DNA of 64,000 nucleotides. It comes from a virus. Position numbers and translations under genes: made by a program. The stretch covers positions 32,001-96,000 of IMG/VR virus record IMGVR_UViG_3300042516_004811; one strand, given 5' to 3'. The notes under the pieces were generated by a model, which was not told the origin of the DNA, did no database searches, and saw only the letters and a program-made list of their open reading frames with translations. Positions 20,416-29,862 of this stretch are shown piece by piece. How positions within the stretch are numbered: position 1 is the stretch's first letter; each line of letters opens with the position of its first letter.

Positions 20416-20679
20416 ATGGCAACACTGCAAGAAGCTCCGTACAAGCCAGAGGGTTGTACTTGCCCCCCCGATGTAAATATTTGGGGTAAAGATATTTGTG
20501 CGGTTTGTCGTGATTATCGTGATGCTTGTGACGAAGCAGAAGCTCTCATCACTTATTGCAAGGTTTGTGACGGCGCTCACGATGGTGGCGAATTTGGCGA
20601 ACTTTGCCCAGCGAATGGTCGCCATTGGTTTGAGCCTTCAGACCCACGAGACCTTTACGATGCGGAGGATAGGTTCTGA
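20416..20679 (+). CDS. hypothetical Cys-rich protein
   Basis: conserved promoter plus AGAAAGGGA RBS; CTC...CAVC...CKVC. Confidence 0.65.
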   Translation: MATLQEAPYKPEGCTCPPDVNIWGKDICAVCRDYRDACDEAEALITYCKVCDGAHDGGEFGELCPANGRHWFEPSDPRDLYDAEDRF

Positions 20680-20858
20680 TGCGAGCAACACACAACACCC
20701 CAATCCCACCCGAAGAGCCCGAGTTTCCGATTCCAGACGATTGCGCTTGCGAGGACGGCGTGAACTGGTGCACCGCTTGCCAGCGAGTGCTAGCGGAGCT
20801 GCTGGCACGGCAAGACGAGGAGGAGCGCTCATTTCGCGAACACGACCACGAGGCTTAG
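20679..20858 (+). CDS. small hypothetical protein (59 aa, not in ORF track)
   Basis: TGATG coupling with upstream gene; CAC...CTAC. Confidence 0.55.
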   Translation: MRATHNTPIPPEEPEFPIPDDCACEDGVNWCTACQRVLAELLARQDEEERSFREHDHEA

Positions 20859-21032
20859 CCACGGCAGGTAAATAAGTCCCCCGCTTATCTACCTGTCTGT
20901 CTGTGGCGCGCGCCCGGGGCGGAGCCCCGTTGGCTAGCGCATCCCGCGCGGGGCTCTCCCCCTGGGCCAAGGCTGGCTCGTGCGTGGGGAAGCAAGTAGA
21001 TAAGTCTGTCCCATTGCTGGTAATGTGTTGGC

Positions 21033-21419
21033 ATGACCAAGACCACCGAGTACGACAAGAAGTTCCAAGACAAGTACGGCAATGATGTTCCCAAGGGTGA
21101 TGGCGATTGCTTTGACAAGGCCGTGGAAGTAGCGGAGCGATTTGAGAAGGACTACCCCGATGTTCTCATTGTTCACGGAGAACCGATTGGCACGGGTGGT
21201 GAAGCATTGGGGGTTCGCTTTCCTCACGCTTGGGTTGAGTTGGACCTAAATGGCTTTGCGCTCGTGATTGACGAGTCCAATGGAAACGATGTGACGATTT
21301 CCAGGGATTTCTACTACGCTTTCGGCAACATCGTGGAAGCCGATGTGGTGAGGTACACGCTGACCGAGGCACGGATACAGATGCTGAAGCACAAGCACTA
21401 CGGCCCTTGGCACTGGTAG
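21033..21419 (+). CDS. transglutaminase/papain-like (Cys-His-Asp) domain protein
   Basis: GDCF...HG...HAWVE...VID spacing. Confidence 0.6.
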   Translation: MTKTTEYDKKFQDKYGNDVPKGDGDCFDKAVEVAERFEKDYPDVLIVHGEPIGTGGEALGVRFPHAWVELDLNGFALVIDESNGNDVTISRDFYYAFGNIVEADVVRYTLTEARIQMLKHKHYGPWHW

Positions 21420-21475
21420 ATAAGTCTGAACCTGTAGTGGTACAGTGATGACAGGCCAAGAGAAAGGGAAATAAA

Positions 21476-21628
21476 ATGGCTACACCGAATGAACCCACTG
21501 GGAATTGGAGGGACTACCTCTCTGATGACGAGCCCCTCACGGAGGAGAGCCTGTGGCAGGCAATCGCTGATGCGAACGGGGTGGACTACTCCGAAATCGC
21601 TGACGGCGATTTGGTTGAGTGGCTCTAA
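21476..21628 (+). CDS. small acidic hypothetical protein (50 aa, not in ORF track)
   Basis: conserved promoter plus AGAAAGGGA RBS; [18 protein letters not shown]... Confidence 0.65.
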   Translation: MATPNEPTGNWRDYLSDDEPLTEESLWQAIADANGVDYSEIADGDLVEWL

Positions 21629-21800
21629 AGAGGTAGATAACAATGACCGTGCGGAGGGGGACCCCCACCCCCTCTAATCGGCCCCCGGAGCCCCGCCATG
21701 ATTCGTTTTCGGGGTGGGCATGTAGATAAGTTGACGAAATCCACAGCCGGTCTGTATCCTGAGCCATCCGGGGTGTAACCCGATACCAGAGGAGAAAACC

Positions 21801-22193
21801 ATGGCTACCAAGCCTGCGAAAAAGACCGCCAAGAAGGCGGCACCAAAGAAGACGGTGGCCAAGAAGCCTGCCGCGAAGAAGCCCGTGGCAAAGAAGTCGC
21901 CGGCCAAGAAGAAGCCTGCAGCCAAGAAGGCAAGCGCGAAGAAGGCGCCTGCCAAAAAGGTTGCTGCAAAGAAGTCGCCGGCCAAGAAGGCTGTCGCAAA
22001 GAAGGCTCCGGCTAAGAAGGCTGCAAAGACTGTTGCCAAGAAGGCTCAGCCGAAGAAGAAGCCGATTGCAAAGAAGCTTGCGAAGGTCATTCCGATTACG
22101 CGTCGTAGCAAGTCGACAACGCGCAAGGATGTGAAATACGTATCCGTTCTCTCTACACCAGTGAGTGACGCGACTCCGGAAAGCAATTCCTAA
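21801..22193 (+). CDS. histone H1-like Ala/Lys-rich DNA-binding protein
   Basis: many PAKK/AAKK repeats; GAGGAG RBS. Confidence 0.8.
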   Translation: MATKPAKKTAKKAAPKKTVAKKPAAKKPVAKKSPAKKKPAAKKASAKKAPAKKVAAKKSPAKKAVAKKAPAKKAAKTVAKKAQPKKKPIAKKLAKVIPITRRSKSTTRKDVKYVSVLSTPVSDATPESNS

Positions 22194-22450
22194 TGTCAGA
22201 AGTTGACCAAGAGTCGATTTCGTTTGACGATTGGATTGCTATAGGAATTACCCGTGGATGGTGTGGACCGCCAGTGTGCTACACGCACGACGGTCTCCCT
22301 ACTGCACTTGAGGAAGACGAAGAGTTTGACGAGGGCCACGACCCCTGTATTCACATCGTTCGAATGTACGAAAGCGAGCAGCATAAAGATGCTGTCGAGC
22401 ACGCGCATTCACCTTCGCAATGGCGAAACCACTATACGGAGAACAAGTAG
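22193..22450 (+). CDS. hypothetical protein
   Basis: TAATG coupling; [14 protein letters not shown]...[10 protein letters not shown]. Confidence 0.7.
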   Translation: MSEVDQESISFDDWIAIGITRGWCGPPVCYTHDGLPTALEEDEEFDEGHDPCIHIVRMYESEQHKDAVEHAHSPSQWRNHYTENK

Positions 22451-22695
22451 ATAAGTCGGTCCGAAAATTACGGACAACAAGGACGGCGACCTGCCTTGGG
22501 GGGGCGGGTCGCTTTCTTTGCGTCTGACACAAGAACGGAACGTTTCTTAGGTGGGACAGCAGCAGATTCGGGATTTGGTGCTGGGTCTTGGTCGCGCTTT
22601 GCCATAGCAATAGTTTCCCATAGGTGACTTTTCTACAGGGGAACTCAGGGCGTGTCGATTTTTCGTTTTTTTGTTGTCGACTTGTAGCTCAGATT

Positions 22696-22905
22696 TTAAA
22701 ACAAGCTCGGCTGCATTGCTTCTTCAAGTCTGCGCTCGTCACAGAACTCGTGCTTGTAGTTATGAAGTTCTTCCTGGACACGGCTAATTGTGGTGCCTTT
22801 TGACTTTAGCCACACAACAGCAAGACGAACGGTTGTTCCGTCCTGGGGGCGGATTGGCAAATCGCAGACAATGCAGCGATACATTGCTGGTATTCCTCCG
22901 CTCAT
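22696..22905 (-). CDS. small putative zinc-binding protein
   Basis: CIVC...HEFC. Confidence 0.5.
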   Translation of the reverse strand: MSGGIPAMYRCIVCDLPIRPQDGTTVRLAVVWLKSKGTTISRVQEELHNYKHEFCDERRLEEAMQPSLF

Positions 22906-23161
22906 TAGCGAATCCTGTCTATGGCCCAAAGAAGGCCCATCACGACAAAGAAAACTATCCCAAGGATAATCATTGAATCTCTATTCTCTCGGTTCATGCG
23001 CTACAGGATACATGCCGCATCGCCGGCTTGGCAAATAATGGTAAATGCTGGTATGTTGACTACAAGGGCTGGTGGGGTGCGTTCCACTCCTTTCTCGGTA
23101 CACCTCGGAACGCATCTCGCCGGCCTTACCTATCTACCTATTTATTGCTAGGCTTTTGCCC

Positions 23162-25078
23162 ATGAGGATGTACCTAGAGAATGGCGAAGTAGTACTGGAC
23201 TTTCCGTACGACGCTGGCCAGGTGAATGAAATCAAGAAAATCACTGGAGCCAAATGGGACAAGCTTGGCAAAGTGTGGCGCCTCCCAATCACCTCAATGA
23301 ACGAGGGCAGAGATTTCGCAATGAAGCACGACTTTGAAGTTGCGCTGGATGCAATGAAGTTCTTGGTAGATAAGCCCAAGACAGCCTCAGCAAGGGTATT
23401 CTTGCTGGATGGTTCAATAATAATGAGGTTCCCCTACGAGAGGGTCATCATTAAAGCGGTTAAGCAAATACCCGCAGTCTCGTGGGACAGCAAGAAGTCT
23501 GCATGGCAGGCGCCCCTCTCATCCGTCAAGGAAGTCATCAACTGGGCAGAAACATTCTCCGTCTATGTCGAGCCCGAAGTAATCGCGATAGCAGATGACG
23601 TAACGGAAAAAATGAACGAGTTTATTGAGGCTTCTCGTTCCACGGACGCTGGGGTGCAGGTAGATAAGTTGCAGGGTGACCTACTTCCCTATCAGCGAGC
23701 AGGTGTTGCCTATGCATCAAAAGCACTACGTACATTCATTGCAGATGAGATGGGTCTAGGAAAGACCATTCAGGCACTGGCGACCGTTGAGTATGTCTAC
23801 GACTCGTATCCAGCCGTTGTTGTGTGTCCTCCAAGCCTTGTACTTAACTGGGCGTCTGAATACCGTAAGTGGTTGCCACATCGGAGAGTCGCCACGGTGA
23901 CCAATAGAAAAGAGTTCCCTGACGCTGGCTCCTATGACGTTGTAGTGGTTGGTTATTCCAATCTCGCAACATGGGAGAAGAGTTTGTCTGGTCACCGCTC
24001 GTACATCTTCGATGAGAGTCACTACTGCAAAACGCCAACAGCACAGCGCACTAAAGCAGCAGTCAAGATAGCCCGTAGCGCCCCCAAAGAGGGCATTGTT
24101 CTGTGTCTCACTGGAACGCCAGTAACAAACAGGCCGAATGAATACGCCTCTCAGCTCGAGATTCTTGGAAGACTCAAAGACTTTGGTGGTCTGTGGGGCT
24201 TCTACCGACGCTACTGCGCTGCCTATCAGGACAAGTTCGGTCAGTGGAACATCAGTGGACACTCGCACCTAGATGAACTCAATGAGCGCCTGCGAGGCAC
24301 GTGTTACATCAGGCGTACGAAAGACCAAGTTCTCTCCGAATTACCACCCGTGATTCACAGCAAGATTCTCATTGAGGGCGAGAGCGCGGCGATGAAGGAA
24401 TACAAGAAGGCAGAGAATGACATTCTTGTTTACATCGCAGACAGAGCACGGCAAATGGCAATCGAGCAAGGCAAGCCATCGTACGGTGCCGCCATTGCCG
24501 CAATGATTAGAGCAGAGGCAAACGAGCATTTGGTTCGTTTGTCCGTTCTTCGCCGGCTTTCAGCAAAGGCAAAGATGGAAGCCGCAATGGAATGGATTCA
24601 GGCTCGGGTGGAAAATGGTAAAAAAGTCGTAGTTGCCGCTCACCACAGAGACATCGTGGATGAGATTTCTAGAAAGTATGGCAACCTTCGTATTCAGGGC
24701 GGAATGGCAGTAGAGGAAGTAGAGGACAATAAGCACAAGTTCCAGACACTCTCGGTAGATAAGGCGCCAGTCATCGTTCTTTCGATACAAGCAGCCAAGA
24801 CTGGTCACACTCTCACCGCATCGGAAGAATGCTTGTTCATTGAGTTGCCATGGACACCCGCAGACGTAGACCAGACATACAGCCGTCTTCACCGTATTGG
24901 GCAAAAGGGGAGCGTTACGTCCACCTACATGCTCACTGCTGGCACGATAGACGAGGACATCTATTCACTAATTGAGAACAAGCGTTCAGTAGTGAATGCA
25001 GCAGTAGAGGGCGGAGAAATGGTTGCGGACGATGGAGCGGTTCAGCTCATTCTGAGCATGATTGACAAGATTAGTTAG
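23162..25078 (+). CDS. SNF2-family helicase with N-terminal HARP-like repeats (SMARCAL1-like annealing helicase)
   Basis: IADEMGLGKT, FDESH, LTGTP, IRRTKDQVLSELP, SRLHRIGQ; two N-terminal FPY...IK.I....WD....W repeats. Confidence 0.9.
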   Translation: MRMYLENGEVVLDFPYDAGQVNEIKKITGAKWDKLGKVWRLPITSMNEGRDFAMKHDFEVALDAMKFLVDKPKTASARVFLLDGSIIMRFPYERVIIKAVKQIPAVSWDSKKSAWQAPLSSVKEVINWAETFSVYVEPEVIAIADDVTEKMNEFIEASRSTDAGVQVDKLQGDLLPYQRAGVAYASKALRTFIADEMGLGKTIQALATVEYVYDSYPAVVVCPPSLVLNWASEYRKWLPHRRVATVTNRKEFPDAGSYDVVVVGYSNLATWEKSLSGHRSYIFDESHYCKTPTAQRTKAAVKIARSAPKEGIVLCLTGTPVTNRPNEYASQLEILGRLKDFGGLWGFYRRYCAAYQDKFGQWNISGHSHLDELNERLRGTCYIRRTKDQVLSELPPVIHSKILIEGESAAMKEYKKAENDILVYIADRARQMAIEQGKPSYGAAIAAMIRAEANEHLVRLSVLRRLSAKAKMEAAMEWIQARVENGKKVVVAAHHRDIVDEISRKYGNLRIQGGMAVEEVEDNKHKFQTLSVDKAPVIVLSIQAAKTGHTLTASEECLFIELPWTPADVDQTYSRLHRIGQKGSVTSTYMLTAGTIDEDIYSLIENKRSVVNAAVEGGEMVADDGAVQLILSMIDKIS

Positions 25079-25514
25079 CGTCTTCTTCTTCTGGCGAGAC
25101 GCCACGGAAGATTTCTTCGGCAATCAACTTCGAGTACTTTCTGCGAAGGCGCCAAATCTTCTTGTTCAACTCAATCATTTCACGGCTCATTCGTGCTTTT
25201 ATTATCGCATCATTGTCATAGACACCGTACGTCTTGAACAGAGCATCATGAATGTCAGCATCTTCAATGATGATGTCTGAAATCCAGCCAGCCTTCTTGT
25301 CAATAGCAATCATGAGGTCGCACATACCCTCAACGCCGAACTCATCCCAAATACGATTGGCGATGATGTTGCAAAAATGCGAACGATACATCTGTCGCGC
25401 TTTCTGTGATTGAGACATGAAGTCGGATAGCCAGACGGCAAGTTCTGCCGGTGTAGGCATGTCGCCATCGCCGTCAGAGAGGAACTCGTAAAAGTTCTCG
25501 TCGTCTTCGCTCAT
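25071..25514 (-). CDS. hypothetical protein
   Basis: 147-aa ORF with GAGG RBS. Confidence 0.65.
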   Translation of the reverse strand: MSEDDENFYEFLSDGDGDMPTPAELAVWLSDFMSQSQKARQMYRSHFCNIIANRIWDEFGVEGMCDLMIAIDKKAGWISDIIIEDADIHDALFKTYGVYDNDAIIKARMSREMIELNKKIWRLRRKYSKLIAEEIFRGVSPEEEDAN

Positions 25515-25562
25515 TAGGCCTCGCTATGTCCGTAGATAAGTCAATGATACAGGGAATTGTTA

Positions 25563-26588
25563 TCAACGACTTGACAAGAGGAAATCCTGAGCTTTTATCT
25601 TTGAACGAGTCACCCAAGAATTGTTATCCATTGACGCAAGCGCACGCTCTGTCACTGTTGCATCACGATAGTGGTCAAGGTATTCACCAATAGCATTCAC
25701 TAGTGACCACCCGTTGTACCCATAGCCCTTTGCGTTGTTGTCGTTGTCATACACCGCACGAACAAGTGAAAGCACATTGTCTCTGTTGCGCTTCTGACGC
25801 TCTGTTGCACTTGTTTCCAGTGGAAATACTGCATTCAGTGTTTCGTTCAGTACTTTTGAGCCAGGCGCAACGGGGATTGACAGAAGTTTCTCAGCAGTTG
25901 CTGTAAACGCTTTTGCCCATTCATTGGAGATTTCGAGCACACTGTTTGCTTCTTCAATCGCACGCTCGGCGTTGCGTGTATGACGAGCAGTGAACACTCT
26001 CCGTGCACTGCTAAGACCTGCAACAACAGTGTTCTTGCATACGGCGCGAATACTTGTGTTTGCGAACGTAATCGCCGTCTTTCCGTCGTGCCCATTGCGA
26101 ACTAGTAGATAACGCTCAATCTGGTCATTCACGCCCATTGGGTCAATGACAAGCGCACCTAGGTCAAGAGATGAGAAGAACTCTCTGCCACCATTGAGAA
26201 CACCGCAAGTATCTACTACTGCATCACCCGTAGATGCTCCTGCGATAGCGAGCGCATAGTCAAGACATTCACGATTTTGCTGCACCACGTAGCGTGTGCC
26301 AACCGTTGCAAGACCATTGAACGTGCCGTCACCATTGACACGCACTGTGGCTCTACTGTCTGGTACTAGAACGAGCGAGCCATCAGAGTTTCTGATTACT
26401 TCGCCATTATCGTCACACACTGCTACCCGTGTGGTCACGACATCAAAGTTGGCCTGGGCGGCGGCGAGCATTGCCTCTGCCGTCTGCAAGCCCTTCATTG
26501 GTGTTCCAAGGCGATGCCAAGGGATTTCCCTGTCGGCGTAAGCCATTCTGGCTGTGCCGTCTTCGTTGATTTCTATGTCGTGTGACAT
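25563..26588 (-). CDS. DUF932 family phage/plasmid protein
   Basis: PWHRLG, Y.VQQN, YLLVRNGHDG, IRAVCKNT, RHT, W..VNAI.EY.DH. Confidence 0.85.
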   Translation of the reverse strand: MSHDIEINEDGTARMAYADREIPWHRLGTPMKGLQTAEAMLAAAQANFDVVTTRVAVCDDNGEVIRNSDGSLVLVPDSRATVRVNGDGTFNGLATVGTRYVVQQNRECLDYALAIAGASTGDAVVDTCGVLNGGREFFSSLDLGALVIDPMGVNDQIERYLLVRNGHDGKTAITFANTSIRAVCKNTVVAGLSSARRVFTARHTRNAERAIEEANSVLEISNEWAKAFTATAEKLLSIPVAPGSKVLNETLNAVFPLETSATERQKRNRDNVLSLVRAVYDNDNNAKGYGYNGWSLVNAIGEYLDHYRDATVTERALASMDNNSWVTRSKIKAQDFLLSSR

Positions 26589-26781
26589 TTCGTCTCCGTT
26601 CGCTATTTGCTTGTAGATAAATCTATCTGAAAGTACCCCCTTTCAGGCAGATGATTTCAGGCGGGGCTCCCCCTTGGGGGTGGGTTGGGCGCACGGGGAA
26701 CGGGTAGATAAGTCTGAACCGTATGTGGTACAGTGTTGATAGGAGGCACCAACGCCCCCGAACCGACCGAAAGGGGTCACC

Positions 26782-27081
26782 ATGTCCAGACCAATCATCC
26801 CAGTGAAAGCAGAGGCGATGCCATCGCTTCTCAGCGCATACCTCGCACGAGAAATCGACATGTTCGATGGTCACATCATCCGTGAGTTCCACCAGTTCGC
26901 CCTGCAAGCACAGGACGCGTTTGAGAAGGTCACCCAGACACCAGCGATGGCCGACTTCTACGCATCTTGTCTGCAACAGACAATCGCTCAACTGCTTGCC
27001 ACGACCTGCAAGACCGCAGGACTTCGGAACGCTCAGCGAGCCGTTGATGGCGCAATCACACAGCACACAGACAGCGTGTAG
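26782..27081 (+). CDS. hypothetical protein
   Basis: conserved promoter at 26704-26734, GAAAGGGG RBS, TAG stop inside repeat box. Confidence 0.7.
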   Translation: MSRPIIPVKAEAMPSLLSAYLAREIDMFDGHIIREFHQFALQAQDAFEKVTQTPAMADFYASCLQQTIAQLLATTCKTAGLRNAQRAVDGAITQHTDSV

Positions 27082-27255
27082 ATAAGTCTCGCCAAGCGAG
27101 GGTTCCCTGATTGAGGGGGTGAGCCAATCGGTTCGCCCCCTTTATCTATGGGTAGATAAGTCCAGCAGGAGCCCCGCTGACCAGGGTGAGCTGGGGTGGA
27201 CAGGTAGATAAGTCGAAGAGTTGATTTTTCTCTTTGCATTGTTTATTATGGTGAC

Positions 27256-28506
27256 ATGACTGGTACTGAAAGCCCAAAGGGGTTCACCTCGCCGTTAGAG
27301 GCACATGAAATGCAGACTGAATACCTGGTGTGGCGCAAAGGCCACCCGAGCGCAGACCGACTATTGCACGCATCTCAGTGGACTGCTCAGCAGAATGGAT
27401 TGTTTGAGTCGGTAGTTACATTGGAGAACAGAGAAAAGCAGTTCGCAGACTCGCGCGTTGCTCATAACGTGTGGCGTTTGACGGATGATGAAATCATTTC
27501 CCGTGCAGACACCGTGTACCTATCGGAAGAACTGCACGAATTGGTGCACACAGCATCGGAGTCAATGCCTGATGAAGTTCTTTTTCGCACTGATGTCTAC
27601 ACGCCGTGTGCAATGGTTTTCCTTGAACGCCCAATCCAGGTGAGGGTTCACGCTGGATGCTTATCGGATGACATTGACGAAATAGTAGATAAGGTTCGTC
27701 AATACGGTGGAACCGTTGAGGGAACCCGTAAGTACACGCAGACAGAGGACGGATACCTTGATGGCGTAGACGTTTACGAAATCGTTGCATTTTCGTGGGG
27801 CGATTGCGAGTCAATCTATCCTCACGTGCTTGAATCGGTAGCGAAGCAGTATGGCACTGCTAGTCCTGAATACAAATTCCAACTTGAGTTGGAACACTAC
27901 GAGAAGGAGGAATTGAATCACGCACGTTTTGTTGAAGAGGACGGAACAGAGCACCCGATGAACGCAATCATCGTTGGTGTGTTTGGGCGTATTGTCAGCT
28001 CAGAGATTGACGGTTTGACACTTGCCGTAAGAAACCCACTCATCTCGTTGAAAATGAATCTGATTGACAGTTACTACTTTATGTATGGAGAAGATGGTTT
28101 TCAACTTGAAAATGACTCGTTTGAAGAAGCAATGAATCAGTCAAGTTTTGACCGTTATCGCAGGTCTCGTAGATTCATCGTTGCACTGTTGCGTTTGATG
28201 AATGAGTACGTAGATGTTGAAACAACCCGTGTGCCTCGCCCGTTCTCTCGCAGGGGCGCAAGGGCTGGACGCGTGAACACTGACAGTATCACCACGCTAG
28301 AACTACGCAGGGCGCTCTACGGTGATAGTGATTCAGCAACAGGGCGCAAGGTATCGCTCGCACACCTTGTGCGTGGACACTGGCGTAATCAGTGGTATCC
28401 ATCGCAACAGATGCACCGTGCTCGCTGGATAAATGCGCACCGCAGAGGTGGAAGCGCAACAGATGAAGTGGTAGATAAGCCTCGCATCGTGACAGTGACG
28501 AGGTAG
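27256..28506 (+). CDS. hypothetical protein with C-terminal H.VRGHWR motif
   Basis: 416-aa ORF; HLVRGHWRNQWYP...WINAHRRG; TTGATT-N17-TATTAT ending 6 nt before the ATG (leaderless). Confidence 0.8.
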   Translation: MTGTESPKGFTSPLEAHEMQTEYLVWRKGHPSADRLLHASQWTAQQNGLFESVVTLENREKQFADSRVAHNVWRLTDDEIISRADTVYLSEELHELVHTASESMPDEVLFRTDVYTPCAMVFLERPIQVRVHAGCLSDDIDEIVDKVRQYGGTVEGTRKYTQTEDGYLDGVDVYEIVAFSWGDCESIYPHVLESVAKQYGTASPEYKFQLELEHYEKEELNHARFVEEDGTEHPMNAIIVGVFGRIVSSEIDGLTLAVRNPLISLKMNLIDSYYFMYGEDGFQLENDSFEEAMNQSSFDRYRRSRRFIVALLRLMNEYVDVETTRVPRPFSRRGARAGRVNTDSITTLELRRALYGDSDSATGRKVSLAHLVRGHWRNQWYPSQQMHRARWINAHRRGGSATDEVVDKPRIVTVTR

Positions 28507-28669
28507 CACTACTCACTCAGGAGCCCCGGCTGCTAGCGCCCTCGCGCGTTCGCGCTTCGGTTGCTCTCGGGCAGAGAATGCAAGTAGGTAGATAAGACCT
28601 AGCCCCCACCCCACTTATCTACTAAGCAGGGCAGGGGCAGGACTAGCAAGCGGAGATAGGGAACGCTTG

Positions 28670-29368
28670 CTAGTAGGGCTCGGGCGCGTGTACGGTCATG
28701 CCTGCGCCACACTGCGCGCACTTCATGCCTTCACCCGTGTACTCGGGATAGGACGAATCGTCAGCGCAAGAACCTTCCCACGAAATCCACTCGCCGTACC
28801 ACGAGAGTCCGTGAGTCTCTTCGCCACTGTCACACGTGACGTGATAGGAATCGTTATCGCATGGAAAGTATGACGCGTCACTCATCTCAATGCGGAATGC
28901 GCGCGGACGCGTATAGCCACCGCGAACGTCACAACCCCCGTGAATCTGAATCAGCGCGTACACACGCTCACCGATTGCGAACGTGACACCCTGCAAGGTT
29001 TGCGAGAGTGAATCGTCCCCGTTGTAGGTGTTCCACGTATGCGCCGACGAATCGCGCTCATTGGCGAAATCCTGCATGAGTGAGAAGTACCCGTCATCAG
29101 CATTGTGAGAGCAGAACGAATCCCACTCAGCATTGAGTGAGTCGTCATACTTGACGCGCGCCGTGAGATAGTGAAACACGGAAAGCGTCACGCCGTAGGA
29201 ACTCGCCCACGCTTGCGGTTCGCTCTCAAAATCAGCAAGCACCTTGCCTGCGTTTTTCTCGTAGTGTCTGCCGTAGTAGTCGCCACTATCAAGCATACTC
29301 CTACCCGTATTCTCGGTCAGCATTTCAGCAATGACCTCGGCGGTTTTGGTGTCGGTTGCGGTTGTCAT
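28670..29368 (-). CDS. conserved-looking phage hypothetical protein
   Basis: MLTENTGRSMLDSG..YGR, NTYN, LSQTLQ, QIHGGCDVRGGYT.P. Confidence 0.8.
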   Translation of the reverse strand: MTTATDTKTAEVIAEMLTENTGRSMLDSGDYYGRHYEKNAGKVLADFESEPQAWASSYGVTLSVFHYLTARVKYDDSLNAEWDSFCSHNADDGYFSLMQDFANERDSSAHTWNTYNGDDSLSQTLQGVTFAIGERVYALIQIHGGCDVRGGYTRPRAFRIEMSDASYFPCDNDSYHVTCDSGEETHGLSWYGEWISWEGSCADDSSYPEYTGEGMKCAQCGAGMTVHAPEPY

Positions 29369-29382
29369 GACTTATCTACCTT

Positions 29383-29661
29383 TCAGCGATTACGGAACGG
29401 ATAGGACGGGTGGGCTTGGCGCTCGTGGTTGCGCTCTTCGGCAAGTGCGTTGCTCATTGCGATTGTCATCAGCGTTGCGCCGATTGACCCGAACACTGCG
29501 AACACACCGCCCACGAGCAAGTCGTACAGAGCGTGTGAGTAGTAAGACACTGCCAGCAGAGCAACCCCGAACAACGGGAACGCCCACGACAGGACAGCGA
29601 GAGTGCGCATTACTGTCACGTCTTGCGCTCGGTTTCGGTTGGTGTGGTGTGTAGTAGCCAT
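29383..29661 (-). CDS. hypothetical membrane protein
   Basis: two TM segments, GAAAGGGA RBS, conserved promoter. Confidence 0.65.
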   Translation of the reverse strand: MATTHHTNRNRAQDVTVMRTLAVLSWAFPLFGVALLAVSYYSHALYDLLVGGVFAVFGSIGATLMTIAMSNALAEERNHERQAHPSYPFRNR

Positions 29662-29862
29662 TTTTTCCCTTTCGTTTGGCGACACACTCACCGTATCACA
29701 CGTGGTACAGACTTACAAGTATTTCCCGACTTATCTACCTGCCACCCCACGCCACAGCAAGCCCCAGCCTTGCACCCTGCCGGGAGCCCCGCTGATTAGC
29801 GGTATGCTGACGAGATGCCAGTACTTTACGGACATTCCACAAGCACGGAGGACGGGAACGAT

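Larger units (their letters stand above)
6116..20957. repeat. dispersed inverted repeat GGAGCCCCG-N17-19-CGGGGCTCC, 13 intact copies
   Basis: 6116, 9330, 11442, 12475, 13344, 14260, 15155, 16185, 17203, 18461, 19778, 20266, 20921. Confidence 0.95.

Noticed and set aside
6116-20957. CRISPR array or mini-array reading of the GGAGCCCCG-N18-CGGGGCTCC units
   Set aside because: Arms are inverted rather than direct repeats, units are ~1 kb apart, spacers are short and share weak similarity (several end in CTGTGG or start with TTG), and no cas genes are present.
6068-21006. Bona fide integron cassette array
   Set aside because: No tyrosine integrase in the window, no RYYYAAC/GTTRRRY attC ends, and the genes carry their own promoters. 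Kept only as an analogy.
21674-22039. Hydrophobic FFAAGF-repeat ORF (and 57842..58171)
   Set aside because: Antisense translation of the Ala/Lys-rich H1-like genes.
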